The notes beneath the pieces were generated by a model. The model was not told the DNA's origin and did not search any database. It saw only the letters and a list, made by a program, of their open reading frames with translations. DNA of 54,748 nt, from positions 62,001 to 116,748 of the forward strand of contig CAUYUJ010000217.1 in assembly GCA_963575745.1 (NCBI GenBank), written 5' to 3'. A program made the position numbers and the translations under genes. Shown here one piece after another: positions 34,991 through 53,700 of this stretch. The DNA is from Prorocentrum cordatum (taxonomy: Eukaryota). The number at the start of each line of letters is the position of its first letter. The first letter of the stretch is position 1.

Positions 34991-37082
34991 CATTGAGGCT
35001 CGGTCGTCGTCGTTTGCAGGCGGCGACGTCCTCGTCGTCGTCATCTTCGTCGTCGTCGTTATCGTTGACGTCGTCGTCGAGAGCGGGTCGGGAGCGCCCG
35101 AATCATCCCGATCGGCCGCCCTCTCCAAAAATCCAACGTCTTGGTCAAAAACAAAGCGACAGTTCTCCGCCGTTTTCGGCATCCGGGGGCCCCCGATTTG
35201 GCACCAGGACCGTCAATGATCAGTAAATTACTCGGGATGAAAAACCATCCTTTGGCCCTGGGGAAATGGTCGGGAATTTTGGTGATTGACCCCGCATTGA
35301 AACCATCAAGACGTCGGATGCCTTGGTCCTCCTCGTCCTTCTCCCCAGGGGGGGGGATTGAGGGGCGGACGAGAAGGAGGACAAATGACAGCGAGGGACG
35401 AGCAGAAGATGAGGAAGAGGGGGAAGAAGGAAAGCAGGGCAGAGGAGGTGGAGGGGGAGATGGAGGATGACCCATGAAATTGGGAGGGGAGGTGGGGTAA
35501 CATCTGAGGATGGGTAGGATGGGCTGGGCCTACCAGTGACGGGGCCCTATGTGAGTAAGTGGGGCAAGCTTTCATTCTGCGCCATTGGAGTGGTCTCGGA
35601 CACTCGCTTCAGAGCCCCGAGGCCTCAGAGGAGGGAGGATGAAGAACACGGGGTCGGCTCGGGGAGCTTCTGCTGCGGCTGCGACCTCAACAACCTCCCC
35701 TGCAGACAAGGAGGAGGAGGAGGAGGAGGAGGAGGAGGAGGAGAAGGAGGAGGAGGAGGAGGAGGAGGAGGTCGCGCGCTGAGCCGCGAAGTCACTTGCA
35801 CCACTCGATCGCTGAGGGTCAGCCGGCTGGACAGCGAGCCTTGAGACGACGGGCCTGGACCATGGGTAAGCGCATCCGTCATTTCAGGCGGCTCAGGGCC
35901 TTTGGTAGCAAAGTCAAGGAAGATCGGCAAGGCGGCGATCGGACCTGCCGTCACTTACGGGCCTGCCCATCCGCGGAACTCCACCGCGATTGTTGGCTAG
36001 CACGACGTCGGTGTCTCCAGTGGCAGTGCCCATCGGATCGCCTCCCAGCTGGAGGCGTCACCAGACCGGCACCCTGCCTGCTCGGCCGTGGTGGGACCTG
36101 TCTTCAGTTGCTGCTGCACGCTGCTCGCAGAGGAGGTGACACACGAAGTGATGCAGAAGGCGTGGCGAGCTCGGTACTGCTGTGGCCAAGGCCAGGCGTA
36201 GCTGGAGCCTAGCGCGTGTTCCCAATAGTGCACTCGCTCGTGCTCTACGGCACCCAGGGTTGTCAGTTCCGTCAGCCTTTGCAGCACGCACGAGATTTGG
36301 TCAGGTCTTGGACCTGCGGGTTACCGCTCCTATTGTCGTTCACTGATCGGTTGCCCGGGGTTGCGAAAGCGTCGGTTGGGAGAGACAGGCCCAGCAGCCT
36401 GAGGTGATGCCCGGGACACGCGGCCCGTCGCGCAAGAATTCGTTGGGATCTGGGTCGCCCCGATCCGTGGCATCCTGACGGCGGGCAAAAATCCCAAGAG
36501 ATGAGTATTGGAGCCGACTGCGAGGGCAGACTTGAGGACAGCTGCCACTGTGATCGTTTTTTTATTCACTGTTTTGTCGATCGGCGCGGGCCCCCGAACT
36601 CCCCCTCCCCCCCCCATGGAGTAGATCTTCGCTGTTTCTCGGCGCCTGTTTCGAGCGGGTGGAGTCTCCCCCACAGGCAGCACTCTTGCAAACAGTCGCA
36701 CTAAGCAGAGGTCTGGAGCCAGACACCCCCCCCTCCCCCCCCCTTTCCGCCCGATGCCGAAACGCCGAATAAGAAAACGCTCACATTGGAGGAGCTCATT
36801 TCTCCCACCTGCTCTTGCACGAGCGCGCCTGCAAGGACCACCCGCGTTCTGTCTGTGCTCCTGGCGGGCCCCCGGCACCCAGCACTACCGTTGCTGGAGC
36901 TGCCCGTAGGTGGACATCGTGCGGGAGGCCGCGTTGGACGGCCCAACGCTGGAGGAGGAGGAGGAGGAGGAGGAGGAGGAGCAGGAGAAGGAGGAGGAGG
37001 GAGAGAGGAGGAGGAGGAGGAGGGAGGGGAGGAGGGGGGAGGAGGAGGAGGAGGAGGAGGAGGAGAAGGAGGGGGAGGAGGA

Positions 37083-41690
<4,608 letters not shown>

Positions 41691-43769
41691 ACATCACTGA
41701 AGGCGGACCGCCTCCTCTTCCTCCTGTTCGTCCTTCCTTTCCCTCCGCCGCCTACTCCAGCGGCGACGACGCCGCCGTCGACGACGGGCCCCCGCGCTCA
41801 AACACTCGCGCGTTAGCCTGCCCGCCAGGCTGCGCACGCGGCGAACCAGGGCTACGCCGTGCTGCAGTTGGGCTGGGCGGTACGCCGACACCGCCAGCCT
41901 GCGGGGACCGAGCTCGCGGGGGGCCGAGCTCGCGGGGGGGCGTCAGCTATTCCTCCTCCTCCTCCTCCTCCTGTTCGTCCTCCTCCCTCATCCTCCTCCT
42001 CCTCCTCCTCCTGTTCGTCCTCCTCCGCCTCGTCCTTTTCATCCTACTCCTCTTCCTTTCCATCCTTCTCCTCCTCCTCCTCCTCCTCCTCCTCCTCCTC
42101 CTCCTCCTCCTCCTCCTCCTCCTCCTCCTCATTCTCCCCAGACAATCAATGATGAGCGGGAGCTGCTTGTTGAAGACTGCGAGAGGCGAGTCGTCCGCGC
42201 AGCTGAGTGGCAAGGTAGGCTTCACAGACGGCGATCTGTAGCAGTTTTCTGTGGTACTATGGGTGTCGGGGGGGAGCGGCGGAGGTGGTCCTGGATCTCG
42301 ATATCTTCAGACAGCTCTTGTCGACGACATGGATGTGCCCCTCGCTCAGCGGAAACGCGAAGGTTTGGTCGAGACCTTTCTTGCCGAGCTGTATCCTTAG
42401 TAGTCGGTGGAGGCGGAGGAGGAGGAGGAGGGGGAAACTGCTCCGGGCTGGGTAGGGCTGGGCTTGTTTCGTCGGGCTATAATGCTCTCGGCTTCTCCGC
42501 TGGCTCCTCGGCTGCTCTTCCTGACCCTGAGCCCCACATCTCGGGGTTTAGGTGGAATGGCTGCAAGACCTGCCGACTTGCCAAACATCAGGTGTTGTTC
42601 TGTACCTCGTGCGGCGCGAGTGTGTGGCATGATTCATCGTCCTGGGAAGGGCCGAGCGCGTCCGTGTCCCGGTCCCCGTCATCTTGCGCCAGCCACTGAA
42701 CGTAGCAGACCCAGGCGCGGCCTGAATCCTGATTCGACCATCAGCCCCCGCCCCCCCCCCCCCCCCAAGCTGTCAAGCTGTCGGCGCCGGATATTGCAGG
42801 ATGCTGCAGAGCTAGGGGTGCATTGACCCAGGCTTGCGTGTAGGATCCTGCAGGATCTTGGAGGATGTTGCAGGATCCTGCAAAGCCCGACTGACCAGGA
42901 TTTGGATTGTTCTGGGTCAGTGCGTCCCCGATTCAAGATGGTCCGCCTTGATACGCCCAGGATCGCCTCAAGACAGCCCGAGAGGTTCCTCGGACGCTCC
43001 AAGACGGCTCCAGGAGGCAAAATGCATTGTTTTCCTTTTGAATTCCCAAAGAGGATGTTGGCGATCTCGCCATTTCTAGCTTCTGACCGCCCACGACGAC
43101 TCAACAGGCCTTCAAGATCGCCCCAGGAGGACACAAAGTCGGCCCAATAGGGCCGCAAGCGGGCCCCATGAGATCTTCACTTCAGATGTTACCCCAAGAC
43201 CCCCAAACACCCCGCCCAAGGTGCCCCCAGGACCCCCCCAAGAGGCCCCCTGAACAATACGAGAAGCGTCCGAGAGACCCCCCCCAGGGACCCCAAGAGA
43301 AGTCCGAGAGGCATGCGGTCTAGAACGTCGGCACGGTGGCGGGACGGGCCCACTGCGGCTTCCCACCGCCCAAGACGCAACCAAGACGGCCCAGAGGAAC
43401 CCAAGGTGACCCGAGAGGGTCCCATGACCGCCCCAGATACGGGGCCCAAAGTTTTACACCACCACCACCACCTCCCTCATCTCTTCCCTCTCCCGGGAAA
43501 GAGGAACGGAAGACGATGGTGGAGGAGGGAGGAGGAATCGACGTGGTGGTGTATACCTTTGTGGGCCCGCACCAGAGGCCCCGAGGACTGCCAAGACTCC
43601 GAACGTTCCCCCGGCAGAACGACCCGAAGACGCCCGCGGCCCAGGAGATCCATGGCCGATCTGACGGCGACGCATCGCCGATTCCACGTTGGTGTTTCGC
43701 CCCATGAGCCAGTCCCCCCTTCTCGTTCCCCCTCAAGTCACAGGGGGTCTTTGGGGGATCCCTCGCTCC

Positions 43770-44212
43770 CCCTCCTCCTCCTCCTCCTCCTCCTCTCCTC
43801 CTCCTCCTCCTCCCTCCTCCTCCTCCTCCTCCTCCTCCCCCTCCCCTCCTTCCCCTCCTCCCCCTCCCCCTCCTCCCCCTCCTCCCCTCCTCCCCCTCCC
43901 CCTCCCCCTCCCCCTCCTCCTCCTCCTCCTCCTCCTCCTCCTCCTCCTCCCCTCCTCCTCCTCCTCCTCCTCCTCCTCCTCCTCCTCCTCCCCTCCTCCT
44001 CCTCCTCCTCCTCCTCCTCCTCCTCCTCCTCCTCCTACTCCTTCTCCTCCTCCTCCTGCTCCCCCTCCTCCTCCTCCTCCTCCTCCTCCTCCTCCTCCTC
44101 CTCCTCCTCCTCCTCCTCCTCCTCCTCTCCTCCTCCCCCTCCTCCTCCTCTTCCTCCCCCTCCTCCTCCTCCTCCTCCTCCTCCTCCTCCTCCTCCTCCT
44201 CCTCCTCCTCCT
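43770..44212. repeat. (CCT)n polypyrimidine tract
   Basis: Directly visible. Confidence 0.97.
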
Positions 44213-44549
44213 CTCGTTCCCCCGCGTCGACCCTCGAGGCCCTGCCGGCTTGTGCGCGCCTGGCCGCCGCCTCGCCCTCGGCCACCCGTCGCTCCTCTGC
44301 CCTGCCGTCCCGGGCCCAGGCCGACGGGGCCCGCCGCCGCTCGGAGGGCGCGCAATGGGGGGCGACAGAGGGCCCTTTAGGGCTCTCGTCGTCGTCGTCG
44401 TCGCAGGAGGCAGCGAGGGCTGTCGAATAGCGGCAGGGGCTCTTGAGGGCACCTTTCTTCCCTTGAGGGCCCGAAAAGGGCACCTTTCTCGCCCCCCCCC
44501 AGCTATCGTCGGCACCCCCCCATTATTTCATGCACAAGCGCCGCCGCAG

Positions 44550-44603
44550 GTCTTCATCATCGGTCTGGGTCCGGCGGTGCTCTTCTGGATCTACTTCAAC
44601 AAG
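44550..44603 (+). CDS. Candidate micro-exon encoding a transmembrane helix
   Basis: cag|G acceptor; VFIIGLGPAVLFWIYFNK with strongly GC3-biased codons. Confidence 0.4.
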
Positions 44604-45259
44604 CCGGATCCCCGCGGGCGATGAGCGCAGAAGCCTAGCGCCTCGAGAAGCCCTGAGATATCTGGGCGTTGCGCCCTGGATCCCTCGCAGATCGGGCTCG
44701 AAATATGGCGCAGAAAGATGGGGTCTAGAGCTCTGGTCGTGATGTTTTGCGATGTCGCAGCGTTTTCGCTATACCTCGGAGCTCAGGGAGCATGGCCAAG
44801 GCGGAGTTGTTGTTCGCCCTCCTCGACCTCCCCGGGGGCCCTCGCCGGGCCCTGGGGCTGTCAGTAAACAGGCTCGGGCCGAAGAGCCGGGTCGGGGCGT
44901 CCCGAGAGAGCCCGAAGAGGCCCAAATCTTTTTGATGTTCCGCCATTTTTCAATGCTTTCAGCTTTCTCGCGTTCTCGAGCTTCCAACGCTCCAAAACGG
45001 CCGAAGACGGCCCGGATCGACTTCTGGGGACGTCCCCCTGCCTCTGGCACGATCGGGGCCTCGGATCCTCTGGGGGGGGCAGCCAGCCAGGGCCGCGTCC
45101 CGAAGCCCGCCCGGGCACGCAGCGGCTCCCAGAAGCCCGCCCGGAGCAGCGGAGGGGTGGCTCGGGAGCCCAGGCGCCCGGCGTCACGAAGATATCGAGA
45201 CGGACGTCTCGCAGGAGGGGAAGAAACACACAGACACAATTTATCGTCGATTCCCAGGA

Positions 45260-45293
<34 letters not shown>

Positions 45294-46049
45294 GTATATA
45301 TATGTATATATATATATGTGGAAATATGGGGAGTGGGGGGGAAGACGAAAGCCCAGACAAGATGGGAACGTATGGGGAATCCTGTTAGGTGTATCTATTG
45401 ATTTGTGTGTCCCAGGGCCCCTTGAGTCTCTCATAGTTTTCGACACCTCGGGGCCCTCGCCGGGCCTCGGGACCGTCAAGAAAGGACTCGGTGTGAAGAG
45501 GTCGGGGGCCCGCGTCTCAAAGAAGTCGAGGCGCAGGATCTCCAGGGTCGGCTCCGTCTCGTGGCGCCCCAGCTTCGGGGTCTGCCGAAGGGGATGGGAG
45601 GGGACTGGCTGACCACCGTTCCAGAATACGTGGGGAGTGAGAAGAGGCGTAGGATGAGGGAAGCGGAAGATGAAGAGTGGAGGAGGAAGAGGAAGAGGAG
45701 GAGGATGTGTGATTATGAAGACGAGGAGTGTCAGGAGGAGGAGGAGGCGGACGAGGAGGGTGACGAGGAGGAGGAGGAGGAAGTGGAGGAGGAGGAGGAG
45801 ACGGTATAAAGGCCTGGATGGTCTGAGTGTTTTTGAGTTGTTAGCCTGTGGGGAAAATCATATCGGAAGAACTTCTGAGAGTGGCCTCGGCTCAGGAGCA
45901 TTTGTCCAACAAGTTGTTTAACGGTTGTTTAATTGTTTATGGCGCTCCAGCCTCCAGTGGCAAGTGGCACAGAGAACAGAGAAGGAAAAGTAGTAGGAGG
46001 AGGAGGAGGAAGATGAGAAGGAGGACAAAGGAAACGGATGATGATAAAA

Positions 46050-46134
46050 ACTACGACTACTCATACTACGACTACTGCTGCTACTACTACTACTACTACT
46101 ACTACTACGACTACTACTACTACTACTACTACAA

Positions 46135-46187
<53 letters not shown>

Positions 46188-46250
46188 ACTACTACTACTC
46201 TACTACTACTACTACTACACTACTACTACTACTACTACTTACTACTACTG

Positions 46251-46336
<86 letters not shown>

Positions 46337-46349
46337 ACTACTACTACTA

Positions 46350-46396
<47 letters not shown>

Positions 46397-46960
46397 TACT
46401 ACTAATAGACTACTACTACTACTACTCTGCTACTACTACTACTACTATTACTATTACTACTACTACTACTCTACTACTACTACTACTACTACTTACTGCT
46501 ACTACTACTACTACTAACTACTACTACTACTAACTACTACTACACTGCTACTACATACTACTACTACTAACTACTACTAACTACTGATACGACATACGAC
46601 TACGACGCGACGAACGACGACGACGACTACTACCACTACTACTACTGTACTACTACTGCTGGTACTACTACTGCTGTACTACTACTAGACTACTACTACT
46701 ACTACTACTACTATCACTATACTACTACTACTTTACTACTACTACTACACTACTACTACTACTACTACTCTACTACTACTCTAAACTAACTAAACTACTA
46801 ATACTAATACGACTACTACTGCTACACTACTGCGCTGCTGCTGCTGCTGACTACGATACGACTACTACGACTGACGACTACGACTACTACTCTACTACTA
46901 ACTAGACTCTACTACTACTATACTACTACTACTACTACTACGACTACTACGACTACTACG

Positions 46961-47016
<56 letters not shown>

Positions 47017-47035
47017 CACTACTACTACTACTACT

Positions 47036-47083
<48 letters not shown>

Positions 47084-47593
47084 GATAATACTAGTAATGG
47101 TAATGCTAATATTAAGAATAAGTTCAGTAATACTGAAAATATAATTCATACCAGTAATACGTATAATAGTAGTGAAACTAATCAGAATGATGATGATGAT
47201 GACGATGACGACGACGATGACGATGACGACGACGGTGATGATAATGACGACGATGCTGATGATGATGATGTCGATGGTAATGATGATACATGAGATTACG
47301 ATAATGGTAATGCCGAATATGACGAGGATGATGGTGCTGATGATGATGAGGATGATGGCGATGACGAGGAAGATGATGATGATGATGATGCTGATGATGA
47401 TGATGATGATGGTGGTGATGATGATACTGATGCTGATGCTGATGCTGATGATGAGACTGGTGATGATGTTGATGATGATGGTGGTGGTGTTGATGATTAT
47501 GGTGCTGATGATGATGATGACGATGACTAGGATGAGGATGATGAAAACGATGACGAGGATGAGGATGATGCTGCTGATGATGATGCTGATGAT
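46050..47593. repeat. (TAC)n tract (46050-47085) followed by degenerate (GAT)n (47187-47593)
   Basis: Directly visible. Confidence 0.97.
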
Positions 47594-48479
47594 GAGGAGG
47601 AGGAGGAGGCGGAGGAGGAGGGGTGGGCGAGGGTGATTGCCTTCGGGTTGATGCGTCTGGTCGCCCTGGTGGCAGAGTGGCTGTGTGATCTCCGCGTGCC
47701 CCATCCGCTGAAGGGGATGAGGAGGAGGACGAGGAACATGAGAAGGAGGAGGGCGATGACGAAGAGAACCAACCTCCCCCGATTGTCAGGGTAAATCACC
47801 CTGGGCGCATCTTTACCCAGGCTGTGCGCGGGTCCGTCCGCAATCGCGTTGGCTTTTCGGGAGTTGGAGGTGCATGCGCCTTGACCCTTGGGCAACTGAG
47901 CACCCGAGCCTCCCCCCGTTTGAGGCTTCCCCGTCCCCGATGAGAAGGGAGAGGAGGACGAGGGCGAGGAAGATGAGGAGGAGGAGGAGGAGGACGGCGA
48001 CGACGACGAGGACGAGGAGGGCCAGCACTCCCGCTGTGCTTCTCATCATTCTCCTCCTTGTCCTCGTAGTCGTCCCCCATCCCTCCCTTCTCTTCGCCTC
48101 GTCCTCAGCATCACCCTCCCCCTCCTGAGGAGAAGGATGGGAGGCGGCAGTGGTTACTGAGTAAGGATTCGTTCATGGCCAAGGCGGCGAAACTCCGGAT
48201 CGCCGCCCGGGAGGCGGGATCAACGGGCGGGCTCCAGGCCCGGGCGTGGGCGCGAGCACTGCGCTTGCTGGAGGGCAACGGACGAGGTCATCCGGGTTGC
48301 CCAGTGGCGTGCGCGGTTTGCTGGCAGCATCTTGCACACACTCTCGCAGGCGGTTGAGGATCGCCTCCCCGGAGCAGGAGTTGGGCGGGCCCCGCCGTGG
48401 ACGCGGCCAGCAGCTCGTCGGGTTCAACGAGGACTACAGAGAGCTGCGTTTCGCGCCCAACTCGCACTCGCCCCCAGGA

Positions 48480-48995
48480 TCGCTGAGTGTCAGTCAGTAT
48501 TCCGGGGGATAGCTGACCGCTAGCGGCTGAATGTCCTCCCCGGCCGTCGGGTCGTCCGCTTCTTGTCAACAGTCAATTGGCTTCGGGCGCCTGCGCAGCC
48601 GAGGGTGGTCGCCGCCATGCTTCGCACCTTCACCAACTGATGGGTGTCCGGGAGGCGAATGCAGAATCACCACGCTAAGTGCACGATGGGTCGTGACCAT
48701 AAAGATTCGATCCAGCACTACGCCACATGCAAGCACATCCTAGCGTTTTGGCACTTCTGATCTCTGGGTGCAGCCGCTCCCGCTGGGGGACCGCCTGGCG
48801 GCCTTCATGGGCGTCCTGCGCGCGCAACCTGTGGGACATCAGCACGAAGTACTGCGGCGGGCCCTGCAAGCGACTGCCGCATACAAGCTCCACGGTCGGT
48901 GGCGACACCACCTTGGGCCTCGTTTGGGGCCAGCCTCGATGTTCCAGGCGCTGCGGGACAAGGTGCGCGAAGTGCTGGCGGCGGGCTGGTGGCCC
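48480..48995 (+). pseudogene. 5'-truncated LINE 3' end (C-terminal zinc-knuckle region)
   Basis: Frame of 48542: LPGRRVVRF..PRVVAAMLRTFTN*WVSGRRMQ..CTMGRDHKDSIQHYATC (TGA at 48638), then LRRALQATAAYKLHGRWRH; not captured by the ORF track. Confidence 0.65.
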
Positions 48996-49087
48996 GCGCT
49001 TTTGTTGAGCGCCACGGTTTTGTTCTGCCTTGGGCCTGCCAACATCCTCTTCCCCCGCCTTCTGCGCGCCCTTCCGGATACCAAACT

Positions 49088-49226
49088 CTGCATTTACCGG
49101 TCGTTCGGCTGGCGAGCCTGGGGCGCCAAAGGCTGCATTTACCAGTCGTTCGGCCGGCGAGCCAGGGACGCCAAAAACTGCATTTACCGGTCGTTCGGCT
49201 GGCGAGCCGAGGACGCCAGAGGCTGC
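49088..49226. repeat. 3 x 45-bp tandem repeat
   Basis: ctgcatttacc(g/a)gtcgttcggc.ggcgagcc..gg.cgcca units at 49088, 49133 and 49178. Confidence 0.95.
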
Positions 49227-49959
49227 GTTCTTCACACCTTCTTTTCCTCTTTTCCCTTGGTCGTGCGCGTCGTCCTGCCTCCCTCCCTTCCCCCTCCCGT
49301 CCCCCTAGCTAGGGATTGGCGATGATTGCCGGCTGCGTGCGCGCTTGGCGCACGCTCGCGGTTTTGCGGCCGCCGCGGTCGGCCAACCACAGGGCCCCGA
49401 TGCCCTGGGTTTGCCCCATTTGTCGTCTCATGGCCTGCGCGTGCGCGCCCACTACGCCAAAGGGTGCTGGGGCGGGGCGGCACATTTTAGCATCATTTGC
49501 ATCACTTTGGGCTACCATTGGTCGGTGAGCAGTTGCACCCAACGTACTGTAGCCTTGTCATGTTTTTTCGACAAGTTCGCCTTGGTCTTCAGCAGGGGGC
49601 AGGATTTGTTCCCCCCAGCTGGCGCCTGCAGCACGTAGTGTGAAACATTGAACGTACCAGCCGATCCTCAATTCGAGGCCCAGTTTAGTTCCTTCTTCTC
49701 CTTCCTCCTCTTTTTCCCTCGTGTGGCCGGTGTGTTGTTTACTTGTGGCATGGGCCAGGGCTTGGAGCGACCGGTGTGAGGCATAGCCGCTTCTGGCACC
49801 CACGCTACCCGCTGTCCCTCATGTTTTCCCAACCGTCCTGTGGTATTGGGTCCTCGTTTTGAAGGGACGGTCCCCGCGTTCCTTTCCTCTCCTTTCCTCT
49901 CCTCCTCCTCCTGCCCCTCCTCCCTCCCCCATCACGATCATCATCATCATCACCCGTTT

Positions 49960-50636
49960 CAGCGCACCCTTCACACGCTTCGTGGCCCCATCGGGAGCCC
50001 CACCGAAGGTCCCAGTGCTACCGTCCGCATGCGGCCCCCCCACCCAATACAGCGCTTCGTGGCCCTATAGGGGGCCCCGCCGAAGATCCCCCGCATGCGC
50101 GCCCCCCCAACCCATTACAGCGCTCCCTGGCCCCAGAGGGAGCCCCACCGAAGGTCCCAGTGCTACCGTCCGCATGCGTCCCCCCGCCCAGTACAGCGCT
50201 TCGTGGCCCCATCGGGAGCCCCACCGAAGGTCCCAGTGCTACCGTCCGCATGCGCCCCCCGCGCCCAGTTGGGCATTTTCGCCCACCCAGTACAGCGCTT
50301 CGTGGCCCCATAGGGAGCTCCACCGAAGGTCCCCAGTGGGAGCGCCCGCGTGCGTCCCGGAAACCCAATTTGGGACTTTCACCCACCCAATACAGCGCTT
50401 ACGCCCGCATGCGCCCCGGAAACCCAATTTGGCATTTTCACCCACCCAGTACAGCGTCCCGTGGCCACATAGAAAGCTCCAGCGAGGCCCCCAGTGGGAC
50501 TTCCCACCCAGTACAGCGCTTCGTGGCCCCATAGGGAGCCGGAGCCCCCAGTTGGGAACGCCCGCGTGCGTCCCAGAAGCCCAATTTGGCATTTTCACCC
50601 ACCCAGTACAGCGCTTCGTGGCCCCATCGGGAGCCT
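49960..50636. repeat. Minisatellite of cagcgcttcgtggccccat(a/c)gggagccccaccgaaggtcccagtg units
   Basis: Roughly nine diverged, variable-length copies. Confidence 0.92.
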
Positions 50637-50731
50637 CCGCCTCCTCCTCCTCCTCCTCCTCCTCCTCCTCCTCCTCCTCCTCCTCCTCCTCCTCCTCCTC
50701 CTCCTCCTCCTCCCCCTCCTCATCATCATTA

Positions 50732-53700
50732 AAATAGGGCAGGTCGCCGCTGTTTGGCCCGAGCGTCGACGCATTCGTACTTACTGTATGCTAAGCCCCG
50801 TAATATACATATTATTGCACCAGGAAGGCGAGATCGTCTTATTGGCCACCAAACATGTTGATGACATCAAGGTCACGGGGTCGCCTCTGGAGAAGTCCAA
50901 ATTACGTCCACGTGTGGAGGATACCCGTGGGAACCGTGAGCTGGATGTTAGCGAAGGAACTTACACTTGCTGTGGGCACGTCATTCCCCCGCGCGCAACG
51001 GCAGATATGAGCTGGACCAGATCGAATACATCAGGCGTTGAAGCCATAAGGGGCTCTGAGCTGGTTGGCAAGTCCACCTCCGAGCTTGCTCCGGAGAGTT
51101 TGGCCGAATTGTATATCAGCATGCTTATGGTTGTGGCTTCCACGTTCATCGCCCGCATCGATTTGAACGTCTACGCAGTCGCGTTTCAGCGCCACGCCGC
51201 GGCGCCAGCGTGCGACCACATACGGAAGTTCAACACTGGCGAAATTGACACACGCCACTCAATTGCGCATCCACTATCCACCACGCGTTGCACACGCAAA
51301 CTCGAAATACACAGCGACGCAGCATTCCGAGAGGAACAAAAGGACGCCGATGCACGGCAAGCCCTGCGAGGAGCCACCTTCATGCGCATGGGCACCGGAG
51401 ACACGGAGTTCCACCAAGCATTCGTTGACAAGCAAATGCGTCACCCACTGGACTGACAGTGCGGGGCGCTCACAAAAGTTACACGAAGAAACTTTCGCAA
51501 GTGAGCTGATGGCCACGATCAGTTCAACAGATCACGGCCTCGCTCTAGCCACTACACGCCACGCAGTGGTCAGAGGGCCTCGTGGCCCTGAAGCGGCACG
51601 TCGCCGACGAAATGGTCAACAGCCGCTCGCACTGCAAATCGAATCCTGCCTCGACACCGCGGGAGTGGTCCCAGCCGCTGCAGCTACGTGACCTAAGCCT
51701 CTGGCAGAACATTCATTACTGCCGCGTGTGCCCTGGCTCCGCGATTTCCTGAGCTCGGGCCAGCTATGGGCCCCGAGCTTATAATGTTCCAGCCTACTTT
51801 AGCTCTGATCACCAGCAAGACTTTCGAGCACCAAGACAATGCTGAAACTAGAAGGTTGTCACGTGCCGGGCCTTGGGAATCGGTACTCGTTTGACACCTC
51901 GCTAGCGTGTCGGGCTGACACTGTTTCGAGACTGCGCCGAGTGCTCGAATTTATTTCTGGGGCGCGGCCTTTCACAGAACCCGAAGTGGGAAGATACCCG
52001 CGACGTGATCGCGGCAGATTAATCAAGGGCAGCATAGGCGGATATGCCCTTGATGACGTAGCCGGTGGCTTTCCGTCAGCGGTCGCGCACGCCGCGCGCG
52101 GCTGCCCTCGCGTCGGCCGGCAAGCCCAACGTGCTGCCAGGGCGCGAGCGCCAGCTGGTTGGGAGGGTTTTGCAGCGCCGCAGTTCGGGGGGGCATGCTG
52201 TCGGGGGCCTGCGTCGCAGCGGCGAGCATTCGCTGCGACGCGAGCGCAGGCGGGCGCACGCGCGCGGATATAGCGGACACGGAAGTAGCGGGAAGGATCC
52301 GGGAGAAGCACTCACGATGCCGCTGCTATTTTCATCGGGGAGCCCGCGCGCCGCCCGGCCGAAGCGCGCCGAGCTGCCGGCTGTAGCTCGCGCGCCGCCG
52401 AGCTCGACGCGCGCCGCCGCGCGCTCGCAGGCTCTCGACGCGCGCCGCCGCGCGCAGGCGGCCGCCTGCTGCCGCGCGCGCTCGTGCCACTGTGCCTCAG
52501 GCCTCAGAGTAAGCCGCCAGAGCCCCCAGGTCCGCCGCCGCCTCGCCGCTCGCGCCCCACGCCCCCGTGCCTCCTTGTCTTCGGGGGAGGGACTAGCGTC
52601 GCAAGAAGAACGCGGCACTCGCATCGACTGCAGGCCGAGCCGCGCCATGGGCACGGCCCCCGGCGCCCCCTCCAGGCACCCGGGCAAGGGTCGACGGCCC
52701 TTCGGGGCCGCTGGCGATGACCCGCCTTCCTGGCGCGCCCCCGACGACGCCGCCGCCGCGCGAAACCAGCGGCCGCGAAGTGGAACGCCCAACGCAGCAG
52801 TCCGACGAGACAAGGCGCGCGGCATTGCAGCCACCTGTTTCACACGGCCACGTTCTGGCTCAAGGGCTTCCCCGTTCCTGGTCGCGCCCGCCATCTCCGC
52901 GCAGACGCCGCGCGGCGGCCGCGTCTCACTCGCGGCCGACGCCGACCAGCAAGGCACCTGCGACGGCGCCGACCCCGCCGCGTGCGCCACCTCCCCCAGA
53001 GGCGCCGGCCTCGGCACTCGGAGGGCGCTCAGTCACCGCGCTCGACGAGGAGACTGCGCATGTCGCGCGCAGTCTGCATCGCGCGGATCCGGCGCCAGAG
53101 CAGGCATTCCGTCGCACCGTGTCCAGCGTCGACGCGGCGGATCCTGAGCTCCGCGCTGGATTGATTGTCGAAGCGCGGAGAATCCCCGGCAGGACAGAGG
53201 CCCGCGCATAGAGCCCCGCTGGGCATCGCACTCGCGATATTCGCGGCGAAGCCCCGCTGCCCAGAGTTCGTGGGGCCCCTGGCAGCGAGACGAATTCAGG
53301 CGTTACTGCGCGATGAACGCGGGGTCCTGGCCCTGATTTGGCCGGGGGCTGGCGGCCGAGCTCGACGGCGCATCGCTCGGCGCCCTCTCGCCCGAAGGCC
53401 GCCCGCCTGGCCGTGGGCGGCCGGCGGGGGCGCCACCGCGCGCAGCGCGCCCCCCTTCGCCTTCGGGCGAGCGCGCGCCGCGCAGTCCGCCTCGTTTCCA
53501 CCGCTCGCCAGAGGGTCATCCGTAGTCGCCGCCCGGCAAGGCTGCGCGCGACGAGGCCAGCGCGGCTCGCGGTTCGAGCTGGAGACCGACGTCGCCTCGC
53601 CCGTCTATTCCACGCCTGTTCTGGACCAGGACGGGCGCCGCGGCGCCCATCGGCCCCCGAGGGCGCGCCGCGGCGATGACCGGCAAGGGCAAGGGCAGGA

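Noticed and set aside
46898..47704. Hydrophobic poly-Ile ORF as a membrane protein
   Set aside because: Antisense translation of the degenerate (GAT)n microsatellite.
49088..49226. Three regularly spaced repeats as a mini-CRISPR
   Set aside because: Head-to-tail 45-bp tandem with no unique spacers.
49960..50636. CRISPR-like repeat/spacer appearance
   Set aside because: The intervening sequences are themselves repeats of each other, the units are degenerate, there are no cas genes, and the context is eukaryotic.
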